The notes under the pieces are model-generated. The model did no database searches, was not told the DNA's origin, and saw nothing but the letters and a program-made list of their open reading frames with translations. A stretch of DNA of 64,000 nt from Sedimentisphaerales bacterium (GTDB taxonomy: Bacteria; Planctomycetota; Phycisphaerae; Sedimentisphaerales; Anaerobacaceae): contig OY970194.1 of NCBI GenBank assembly GCA_963708075.1, positions 6,624,001 through 6,688,000 of the forward strand, read 5' to 3'. Position 1 is the first letter of the stretch, and each line of letters starts with the position of its first letter. Position numbers and translations under genes: made by a program. Below, piece after piece: positions 31,496 to 39,462 of the stretch.

Positions 31496-32211
31496 CACTT
31501 CAAAGGTACAACCACGAACAACAGTTCTGCGTCGTCATCAGCCTTCACGAGAAGCTCAGTCTCGTCGCTGATCATGGCGGCGTCCAGCGGCCGCAGGACC
31601 TGATCGTTTATCGAGATGCCATTTCCTTCGACCACGTACAGGTAGCCGCCGTAGCCTTCCTTGAGTCGGTAGGAGACTGTCTTGCCCTTCTGCAGAAAAC
31701 ACGAATACACTTTGGCCTCCGACGCGATCGGCAGGCTCTCCGGGTCTTCATTCGAAACGAGGGCAAGCAGCCGGTTCGTCCGTTCCTCTCGTTCGACCTG
31801 CTTCTGTTGCACGGAGGGAGGGAGTCCGTGCCTCAGCGGGGCAAACCACATCTGGATGAATCGCATCGGCTGATCGGGCAGATTGTTGATCTCCGAGTGA
31901 AACAGGCCTCTTCCGACGGTGGTGTGCTGGACCCAGCCCTTCTTGAGAACGCCGCCCTCGCCATGTTGATCCGCGTGCCGGAACTCGCCCGCCGCGCAGT
32001 ACGTCACCACTTCAATGTCCCGGTGCGGATGCAAAGGCCAGATCGCTCCGGGCGAGAGCGTATCATCGTTGAACACGCGCAGCGTGCCGAAGTGCATATA
32101 GCGGCGGTCGTAGTATTCTCCGAACGAGAAGTGCCACCGGCCGTGAAACGTCCCGTTCTCAATCTCCCCATCGGCCTGATAAATGTCTTCCGCCTTGCGT
32201 ACTGTAATCAT
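31495..32211 (-). CDS. Pirin family protein
   Basis: HFSFGEYY, LRVFNDD, HPHRDIEVVTY, HSE and FIQMW motifs. Confidence 0.9.
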   Translation of the reverse strand: MITVRKAEDIYQADGEIENGTFHGRWHFSFGEYYDRRYMHFGTLRVFNDDTLSPGAIWPLHPHRDIEVVTYCAAGEFRHADQHGEGGVLKKGWVQHTTVGRGLFHSEINNLPDQPMRFIQMWFAPLRHGLPPSVQQKQVEREERTNRLLALVSNEDPESLPIASEAKVYSCFLQKGKTVSYRLKEGYGGYLYVVEGNGISINDQVLRPLDAAMISDETELLVKADDDAELLFVVVPLK

Positions 32212-32313
32212 AGCCGGCACTCACTCATGCATCGGGTTCGGTCCTTACTCCCTGCATTTCACTGGAGGAGCCGAATCCGGGCAATAGGTGATTTCCTGAA
32301 AGGACCGCCGGGA

Positions 32314-33039
32314 TCAGCTTCGCTTTTTCGCTCTCGCCTCCTGCAGCTCGCGCCAGAAGGGCTTTCCGAGAAAGCTGGTCTCATCGAGTGTGCAGAATTG
32401 CTCGTACATGGGTCGGGTCACGGTGAACGCGAGGATGTCGGGCGGCAGGTATTTGCGCATGGCGATATCCGTGGCGCCGAGCATGGCCTGGGGTTGATCG
32501 AGGTCCTCGAACAGGGGACAGAGCTGTCCGCAGCCGGAGGCGAAGGGTGCCGTCACGCGGGGCGGCGTGGGTCGTCCCTGGTGATAGTAGGCGGCGGTGA
32601 TGAACAGGCTCAACTGGTCGGGATTGACAAGGAAAGTCACCGTCTTGAGATACTCGTACTGGTCGTCCTTGAGCGGGCCGATCAGGACGTTCGGATGGCT
32701 CGGCTTATAGTGCGGGCTGCGGTCGATCCACTCGGCCATCACCTCGGCGGAGGCCTTGAGCCCTTCCGTGCCGTAGAGAAAGTCGATCATCTCCTGCCGG
32801 GAGCGGGTCGAGACATCGAACAGGTACGTGCCCGCACCGCCGCAGCCGAAGTTCCCGCCGGTTAAGTGTATGGTCTGGCCCTTGAGCCAGCTCTTGTAGA
32901 ACATATACACGCAGGCCCATTTCCCCTCGGCCGGGCGAACCAGCGGCTCAAACGCGGACGCATCGGGTGCATCGTACAGGCCGATCACCGGCAGGGTCAG
33001 GCCGGCTTTCTCGATCAACAGTGCGGGATAACGAGGCAT
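32314..33039 (-). CDS. DUF169 family protein
   Basis: GCGGAG, VTFLVNPDQLS, APFASGC and DIAMRK motifs. Confidence 0.7.
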   Translation of the reverse strand: MPRYPALLIEKAGLTLPVIGLYDAPDASAFEPLVRPAEGKWACVYMFYKSWLKGQTIHLTGGNFGCGGAGTYLFDVSTRSRQEMIDFLYGTEGLKASAEVMAEWIDRSPHYKPSHPNVLIGPLKDDQYEYLKTVTFLVNPDQLSLFITAAYYHQGRPTPPRVTAPFASGCGQLCPLFEDLDQPQAMLGATDIAMRKYLPPDILAFTVTRPMYEQFCTLDETSFLGKPFWRELQEARAKKRS

Positions 33040-33066
33040 GATTTCATCCTTGATTATGACAACAAA

Positions 33067-34497
33067 TTATGGATTACGAGAACTGTCGTCCGCCCGTTCA
33101 GGAGGGAAAACAGTCCAGGGCTTCGGCGGCATGTCCGGCAGGTGGCCTTGCAGCCAGTCATACTGCGGGTGCTTCTGGAGGAAGTCGGCCGCATTGAAAC
33201 CGGTGTCGCATGACCCGCCCCACTTGGCCCAGAATCGCCAGGCCTTGGCCATGTCCGAGTCCACGACCTTGCCGTCGAAGGCCCCCGATGGTCGGAAGGC
33301 TCGCCCCGTCCCTGGCACGCTGCCGTCGTCAAGCTCGAAGTGCCCGCAGATGGTCCGGCCGCCCGGCTGCTCTTTCTGCAGGTACGTGTCGTAATGATCG
33401 GCCAGCATTTGCCGGGCAAGCGGCACGTCGATTCGCCCGAAGTGCTCTTTCATCAACTGGTTCCAGCGCACCCGCCGGCTCACGGAAACGTCTCGGATGT
33501 CGTCCCAGGTCGCCGTCGTCTCGAGTCTCAGAATCTGGGTATTCTCCGCGACGTTCGAGCCGGTGAAATATCCGTGCTTCTTCTTTTCGAGGCTATGGTA
33601 TTTCAGGCCGAGTTCCAGGCAGGCGATCTCCCCGGTCCGGATGTCCCCGAGCAGCCACGAGTTTGCGTAGGCCCCGTTGTTGTCTTTGATGAGGATGTCC
33701 GCCCACTCATTGATGCTGTCGGCGTACTGCATCGCCTTGCGGGCGCGGACGAACACGGGGACCCTCCTGGCGTTGAAACCGTCGAAGTCACCGATGGTTG
33801 TCTCCGTGCCGATGAGCCCCGCATCGGTGATAAAGAAATCCGTGGCGCTGTAGATGCAGGGGCCCCAGGTCTGCATGAGGATGCGATGGCCGCTCTGCGG
33901 GACGATGTCCAGGATGATGTTGGCGGACTTGCCCAGCCAGTAGGAGCACCAGGAATTATGGGCCATGACGATCTTGCCGCCGGCGGTGGCGTCGCCGGTG
34001 GCGATGAAGGCGCTGCAGCCGGGGTGATCATCCCGGATCCTGTGTTTCTCCTTGGGCCACCAGTACCATAAGATGTCGATGAACCCGTTCATATACAGGA
34101 CCTGCTCGTATGTCGCCTTCTTGCCCGCGTGCTGCATTCCGGCGGCGATCCCCCTCATCTCCTCGACGTACTCCGCGGGGACCTTGCCTTTGAACAGCCG
34201 GGAGGCCGCCCGGACGAAGTACTCAGGCTTCAGGCCCGTCTCAAATTCCTGCGTGTAGGAGAGCGTGCGCAGGAACTCATCAATCTCGTTGGCCGTCAGG
34301 TATCCTCGCTGGAAGCCTCTCTCAAAGGGCCCGCCTTCGGTGTGCAGGAAGATCCAGCCATTGGCATCCTGCCGACAGCCCTTGGCCAGCCATTGCTCCT
34401 GTTGCTGCGGGCTCGTCGAGACTTCCGTGGTTCGGCACGATACGAGACAGCCAGCCGAAAGGATGACGACGCAACCTGTGACGAGTTTCCTGTGCAT
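33067..34497 (-). CDS. Ntn-hydrolase (C45 peptidase/phospholipase B-like), probable lipoprotein
   Basis: CSAFIATG autoprocessing site, AHNSW, ETTI and NNGAYANSW; lipobox-like LVSC. Confidence 0.8.
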   Translation of the reverse strand: MHRKLVTGCVVILSAGCLVSCRTTEVSTSPQQQEQWLAKGCRQDANGWIFLHTEGGPFERGFQRGYLTANEIDEFLRTLSYTQEFETGLKPEYFVRAASRLFKGKVPAEYVEEMRGIAAGMQHAGKKATYEQVLYMNGFIDILWYWWPKEKHRIRDDHPGCSAFIATGDATAGGKIVMAHNSWCSYWLGKSANIILDIVPQSGHRILMQTWGPCIYSATDFFITDAGLIGTETTIGDFDGFNARRVPVFVRARKAMQYADSINEWADILIKDNNGAYANSWLLGDIRTGEIACLELGLKYHSLEKKKHGYFTGSNVAENTQILRLETTATWDDIRDVSVSRRVRWNQLMKEHFGRIDVPLARQMLADHYDTYLQKEQPGGRTICGHFELDDGSVPGTGRAFRPSGAFDGKVVDSDMAKAWRFWAKWGGSCDTGFNAADFLQKHPQYDWLQGHLPDMPPKPWTVFPPERADDSSRNP

Positions 34498-34532
34498 TGC
34501 AGCTCCTGTTCTCCACATCTCAGCAGAAAGCA

Positions 34533-34557
34533 GGGCGGGTTTGAAACCCGCCCCTAC
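34533..34557. repeat. GTAG-type REP palindrome (family B)
   Basis: GGGCGGGTTTGAAACCCGCCCCTAC; second copy at 37471-37495. Confidence 0.85.
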
Positions 34558-36875
34558 GGATTCACTTGATCCGGTTCAGCGGCATTGCGGTTCGGCGGTT
34601 CTTTGCCGAGCAGGTGGCGGACGAAGAAATCCTCCATCCGGCGCTGGCCGTAAGAGCCGCCCATGCCGTGCCCGCCGCCGGGGATCACTAAGAGGTCGAA
34701 ATCCTTGCCCGCCTTGATCAGGGCATCGACGAAACGCATCGTCGATTCCGGCGGGACGTTGTTGTCCATCTCGCCGACGATCAGGAACAGCTTGCCTCGC
34801 AGCCGGTGGGCGTTGTCGATGTTCGAGCATTCCGCATAGCACGGCCCGACCGGATAGCCCATCCACTGCTCGTTCCACGAGGCCTTGTCCATTCGATTGT
34901 CGTGGCAGCCGCACGAGGCGACGGCGGCGTTGTAGAATTCCGGATAAAACAGCACGGCCCCCGCGGCGTTCTGGCCCCCGGCGGAATTCCCATAAACGCC
35001 GACCCGGCTGATGTCATAGCACGGGTACTCCCCGGCCACCGCCTGGTGCCACAGGATTCGATCCGGGAACCCGGCGTCCTTCAGGTTCTTCCAGCAGACG
35101 TCGTGGAACGCCTTGGACCGATTCGCCGTACCCATGCCGTCTATCTGGACGACGATGAAGCCCAGGTCCGTCAGCGATGCGAATTGTGACGTGGGGCTGA
35201 ACCGCTTGGGCACATAGGAGCCTTGCGGCCCCGCGTAAACGTACTCGATGACCGGGTATTTCTTGGTTGGGTCAAAATCCCTGGGTCGGCAGATGATGCC
35301 CCAGATGTCGGTCTTGCCGTCGCGGCCCTTGGCCACGAACACCTCCGGCGGGGACCATCCTTTGGCAGCCAGCCCGCTGATGTCCGCCTTTTCCAGGGGA
35401 CAGACCAGCCTGCCGTCCAAGACGCGGCGCAGCTCATGCACCGGAGGCGCATCCACGCGGCTGTAGGTGTCGATCAGGTAACGTCGGTCCGGCGAATACT
35501 GGATCGTGTGGTTGCCGTTGCCTTCCGTCAACGCCACCAGGTTGGAGCCATCGAAGTTGATCCGATAGTAGTGGATGAAGTACGGGTCCTGATCCACGTT
35601 CTTGCCGCCGGCGTGGAACCAGATCTGACGTGTATCCTCGTCGATGAGATCGATGCCGCGCACGACCCACTCGCCCTTGGTGATCTGGTCGCAGGCGCCG
35701 TCCTTCGCGGCGTCGATGAGGTAGAGATGCCGCCAGCCATCGCGCTCGGAGACGTAGATGATCTCATCGGTCTTATCGAGCCAGTTGACCCGCTCCAGTC
35801 TCAGGTTCTCCGTGTGCGCGGTCCAGATGAATGTCTCGGTCTCTTCTTCAAGGATGGTGCGCACGGCGCCCGTGCGCACGTCCACCGCGATCAATCGCAA
35901 TCGCTGATGTCCGCGGTCCTCCTGTTCGTAGGCGATGCGCCGGCCGTCACGCCTCCAGTGCAGACTGGGCCTCTCCCACTCATGCTCGAACCGATCCACC
36001 GCCGGCTTGGTCTGCTTGCGGCTGGCCACGTCGAAGACATTCAGCTCATAGCGAGGGAATTTGTCGCCGGGCAGCGCGTATGGTCTCGTCTCAAGCACAG
36101 CTCGGCCGCCACCCTGGGGCGACGAGCGAACCAGGTAAACTTCTTTGCGGTCGCCGGGCTCGACTCGCCAGGCGATCATCGCCGTGGAGTCGGGTGACCA
36201 GGAGAGCAGGCTGTAGGCGTTGCCCTCAGTGCCGTCGGTGCTGAGTTGGGTCGTCTCGTTGGAGTCTTTGGCACGGACAAACACGTTGTTGTCCTTGATC
36301 AGAGCCGTCCACTTGCCGTCGGGGGAATCCGGGGACGCATTGCGGCCTCGCCCTCGCCGGCCGGACCGTGGATTCTCGGAGTCCTGGCTGGAGGATTGAG
36401 GGGGGGCGGCGTCCGTCTTGGCAAATGCATAAGACGCCAGATCGCACGTCCAGACTGCCTGATCCACAGTGAGCCGGATTGTCCTGCCCTCGTCTACAAA
36501 CTCGATGCTGTCGAAGGGCAGTTGATCGGCGCGATACTCCGTCCCGGCGGCTTTCGACAGGGCGGCGGCCAGTTTCTGGTGGTCAAACGCCGCTTGTCGC
36601 GTTCCTTGCTCCGAATTGATCAGGATGAATTCCCTGGTGTTGCCGGTCAGGTCATTGCGATACCAGAAGCCCTTATTGTCCGCGAGCCAGTGCGGCGTGA
36701 TTTGGCCCTTGTAATAGCCTTCCACCCTGCGTGGCGGCCCGTACCTGGACTGTGGAGACGCTTTGGATTGCGGATTTGCTGCTCGATCTGCTGTCGTGAC
36801 GGTGGCGCCGATGATACACATGGCGAGGATTGTGAATCGCGCAGTTCGTCCCGTCCGGCTGATGTCGGTCGTCAT
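34554..36875 (-). CDS. S9 family peptidase (DPP IV-like)
   Basis: GNSAGG nucleophile, DNNV, GHG and a DPP IV N-terminal propeller. Confidence 0.9.
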   Translation of the reverse strand: MTTDISRTGRTARFTILAMCIIGATVTTADRAANPQSKASPQSRYGPPRRVEGYYKGQITPHWLADNKGFWYRNDLTGNTREFILINSEQGTRQAAFDHQKLAAALSKAAGTEYRADQLPFDSIEFVDEGRTIRLTVDQAVWTCDLASYAFAKTDAAPPQSSSQDSENPRSGRRGRGRNASPDSPDGKWTALIKDNNVFVRAKDSNETTQLSTDGTEGNAYSLLSWSPDSTAMIAWRVEPGDRKEVYLVRSSPQGGGRAVLETRPYALPGDKFPRYELNVFDVASRKQTKPAVDRFEHEWERPSLHWRRDGRRIAYEQEDRGHQRLRLIAVDVRTGAVRTILEEETETFIWTAHTENLRLERVNWLDKTDEIIYVSERDGWRHLYLIDAAKDGACDQITKGEWVVRGIDLIDEDTRQIWFHAGGKNVDQDPYFIHYYRINFDGSNLVALTEGNGNHTIQYSPDRRYLIDTYSRVDAPPVHELRRVLDGRLVCPLEKADISGLAAKGWSPPEVFVAKGRDGKTDIWGIICRPRDFDPTKKYPVIEYVYAGPQGSYVPKRFSPTSQFASLTDLGFIVVQIDGMGTANRSKAFHDVCWKNLKDAGFPDRILWHQAVAGEYPCYDISRVGVYGNSAGGQNAAGAVLFYPEFYNAAVASCGCHDNRMDKASWNEQWMGYPVGPCYAECSNIDNAHRLRGKLFLIVGEMDNNVPPESTMRFVDALIKAGKDFDLLVIPGGGHGMGGSYGQRRMEDFFVRHLLGKEPPNRNAAEPDQVNP

Positions 36876-36925
36876 AGATGCTCTCTGCCTCAATCTTCAG
36901 TCTGATTCGTGGTTCAACGCGTCGT

Positions 36926-38563
36926 TCACCGGTAGTATCGCCAGTCGATTTTTCCCCTGTAGGCCATCGTCTCATCCACCAGGGCGAACAGGTCCGGGTC
37001 ATACGCACGCAGGGCCTCCCGCGTGGCGATCGGATGGCCGGCGTCGGTGGGCGTCATGCCCCTGCCGACCGCGTCGAAGTAGGCCAGCACGCCTTGGGCC
37101 CAGTATTCCACGCGGTCCTGGACGGCGGGCGTGCCTTTCCATTGGCCCTTGCCCATAGCGGCATCATAGATTGTCTTGAGTCGCTCGTCAAAGCGGATGT
37201 CCATACGCTGGACCCGCAGCTCGTACTGCTGCACGTCGCGGCGTCGGCTGTCCCAGTTTGGGTCCACGGGCCGCGTGCCGGTGACGTGGTAGGCCGCCTT
37301 GGCGAGAACGCGGATCACCTGACACTCGGTCGCGTACGGATTCCCCGAGCTGGCCAGCACGTTCTCCTGATCCACCACGAGCAGCTTCGTTTGCGGCGAG
37401 TATTCCAGGAACCGGGCGGAAAGGTCCAGGTTTGTGGTGACACCGTAAGATGTCTCCTCTGGTGCCGAACGGGCGGGTTTGAGACCCGCCCCTACAGGAC
37501 CACCAATCCTGTACTCGGGCAGGTCGGCAATGCTCTCGTCGGATCCGAGCACGACCAGCTTCACGCCGTCGGCGATGAGAGCCTTGAGGATGTCGTGACG
37601 ATAGGCGAACATCCTGCGGACCGTGTAGTTGGCCTGGAGCATGGCCTCGTTGAGGGCCCCGCGCCCCAGCACGGTGAACTCGCGGGCCCAGGTGGACTTC
37701 GTGTAATATGGGTCGATGTGGAACCTGGCCGGCGGCGCCTCGACTCGGGGCAGTGGCTGCAGCCACGTGTACCGCCAGTCCTGGTCGGGACTCAGGTTGA
37801 AGGTGGTCCGGACCAGCTCGTAGCCGTGCGGATCGTAGATCTTGAGCTGCTCGCGCCTGCCGATGGGGCCGTGGTTCCAGTTGTTGATCCGGTTGCAGTC
37901 GAAGTATGCCTGGGCGATCTCGGCCCAGTATTCGCCCGGATTCGAGCCGGCGTAAGTGTTCTTGAAGAGCCCCTTATCGGTCGCGTTGCGATAGGCGGCG
38001 TTCTTGCGGTCTCGCCACGTCGGATCGATCCTTCCCAAGGCGCTGTCGATCGTGTGACAGAACTCGTGCACGGCGATGCTTTCATCGTCGTAACGGTCAA
38101 TGGGCAGGCTCAGCAGGTTCTCCTCGCCGAAGCTTGTGGGCAGGCCGCCGGTGCCGCGCACCCGCTCGTTGAGATAGGCAGGGTTCGGGGCGTCTCTGTA
38201 TTCCGGCATGTCGGTGTACACTTGGTCCCTGCCGATGACGATCAGGTACATGCCTCGATCGACCATGGCCTTGAGGATGTCGGGCCTGCCCGCCAGCATA
38301 TGGATGACAATGTCATAGGTACGCTGCAGCGCCAGGTCCGCCACCTCCGCGGAGGCCGCCGCCGGCATGCCGTCCACATCGATGTACTTGCTGTAGAATG
38401 TCCGAGCGGCGTCGCGATGTTCCGGGCGGACTCGCTCGAAGAACGGGTCCGGCGGCGAAGTCACCGGCGGGATGTCCCTGTTTGCGGCCGCTTGGGTATG
38501 GGGCCATCCTGCAAAGATCAAAGCGATTGTCAGAGTTGTCCACTTCCCTCTTGCCGATCTCAT
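36926..38563 (-). CDS. Exported zincin metallopeptidase with an internally duplicated domain
   Basis: HEFCH and EYWAE in the first repeat; the second repeat has RVLAK and EYWAQ. Confidence 0.75.
   Translation of the reverse strand: MRSARGKWTTLTIALIFAGWPHTQAAANRDIPPVTSPPDPFFERVRPEHRDAARTFYSKYIDVDGMPAAASAEVADLALQRTYDIVIHMLAGRPDILKAMVDRGMYLIVIGRDQVYTDMPEYRDAPNPAYLNERVRGTGGLPTSFGEENLLSLPIDRYDDESIAVHEFCHTIDSALGRIDPTWRDRKNAAYRNATDKGLFKNTYAGSNPGEYWAEIAQAYFDCNRINNWNHGPIGRREQLKIYDPHGYELVRTTFNLSPDQDWRYTWLQPLPRVEAPPARFHIDPYYTKSTWAREFTVLGRGALNEAMLQANYTVRRMFAYRHDILKALIADGVKLVVLGSDESIADLPEYRIGGPVGAGLKPARSAPEETSYGVTTNLDLSARFLEYSPQTKLLVVDQENVLASSGNPYATECQVIRVLAKAAYHVTGTRPVDPNWDSRRRDVQQYELRVQRMDIRFDERLKTIYDAAMGKGQWKGTPAVQDRVEYWAQGVLAYFDAVGRGMTPTDAGHPIATREALRAYDPDLFALVDETMAYRGKIDWRYYR
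37471..37495. repeat. Family B REP located inside a CDS
   Basis: GGGCGGGTTTGAGACCCGCCCCTAC, 24/25 identical to 34533-34557, translated as VGAGLKPA. Confidence 0.85.
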
Positions 38564-38772
38564 CTCTATCCCTTTCCCTGGGCGATGCAGAGTCATGTGT
38601 CTCTATGCCATCATGGATTATAGTGGCATTCGTGCAATAAAACAGTACCATTGAGCGTCGAATACGCAGTACAGACGCGAGATTGTGGGTCTGTATTGCA
38701 GAGCCGGATACCCCTTCCCAGGGTGGGAATCGGTCGAACGGTGGTCCGTAACCTTTTCAGGAGGAACACGCC

Positions 38773-39318
38773 ATGAAGAAAAATGTAGGAATCCTCATCA
38801 TTGCCGTAGTGCTGACCTTGGCCGTCGCATGGGCCGCCTTTGGGCAGGCTGGTGGGCAGGGTGGTGGACAGCGGGGCTTTGGCCAGATGCGCGAAGCCCA
38901 GACGAAGGCCCTCGCGGCTCTCCAGGAGAGCGTGGCCAAGCTCAAGTCGATGATTGACGCCCAGGCCAAGGCGATGGAGGGCAGGTCCTTCCAGGACATG
39001 TCCGAGGAAGAAAGGACCAAGATGAGGGAGGAGTCCACCAAGAGGCGCGACGAGCAGCAGAAGATCATGGCGGCCATGCAGCAGCAGATGGACACGCTGA
39101 AAGGCGGCCGGCAACTGGCGACGGAGCATCAGCAGGCCATTGCCCCATTGAAGGAAGCCCTGGCCTCTGCGCAAAAAGAGAACGCCAAACAGACGGCTAC
39201 CATGCTCGAAAAACTGATTGCCGAGCGTCAGAAGCAGTTTGAAGAGAAGATGGCGGCAATGGGCATTCCGGCGGACCAACTGGAGCGAATGATGCAGCCG
39301 AGGCAGCGGCAGCAATAG
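38773..39318 (+). CDS. Exported helical/coiled-coil hypothetical protein
   Basis: AGGAGG RBS, signal peptide, Q/E/M/K-rich helical sequence. Confidence 0.8.
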   Translation: MKKNVGILIIAVVLTLAVAWAAFGQAGGQGGGQRGFGQMREAQTKALAALQESVAKLKSMIDAQAKAMEGRSFQDMSEEERTKMREESTKRRDEQQKIMAAMQQQMDTLKGGRQLATEHQQAIAPLKEALASAQKENAKQTATMLEKLIAERQKQFEEKMAAMGIPADQLERMMQPRQRQQ

Positions 39319-39392
39319 CCAGCAGTAGTCGCTGAGTACCGCGTCACAGGCCCGGGCGCCGGTGACTATCCTGAAAGTCAAAAGGCCCTTTC

Positions 39393-39420
39393 TTGCGAAA
39401 ATGTGCCATCGAGGTACAAT
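39393..39420 (+). promoter_or_regulatory. Candidate sigma70 promoter of the GH2-GH9 operon
   Basis: TTGCGA-16 bp-TACAAT upstream of a GAGGAG RBS. Confidence 0.4.
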
Positions 39421-39462
39421 CATCGCAGGGAAGGGCCTTTCTGATTTATTGAGGAGTATGGT

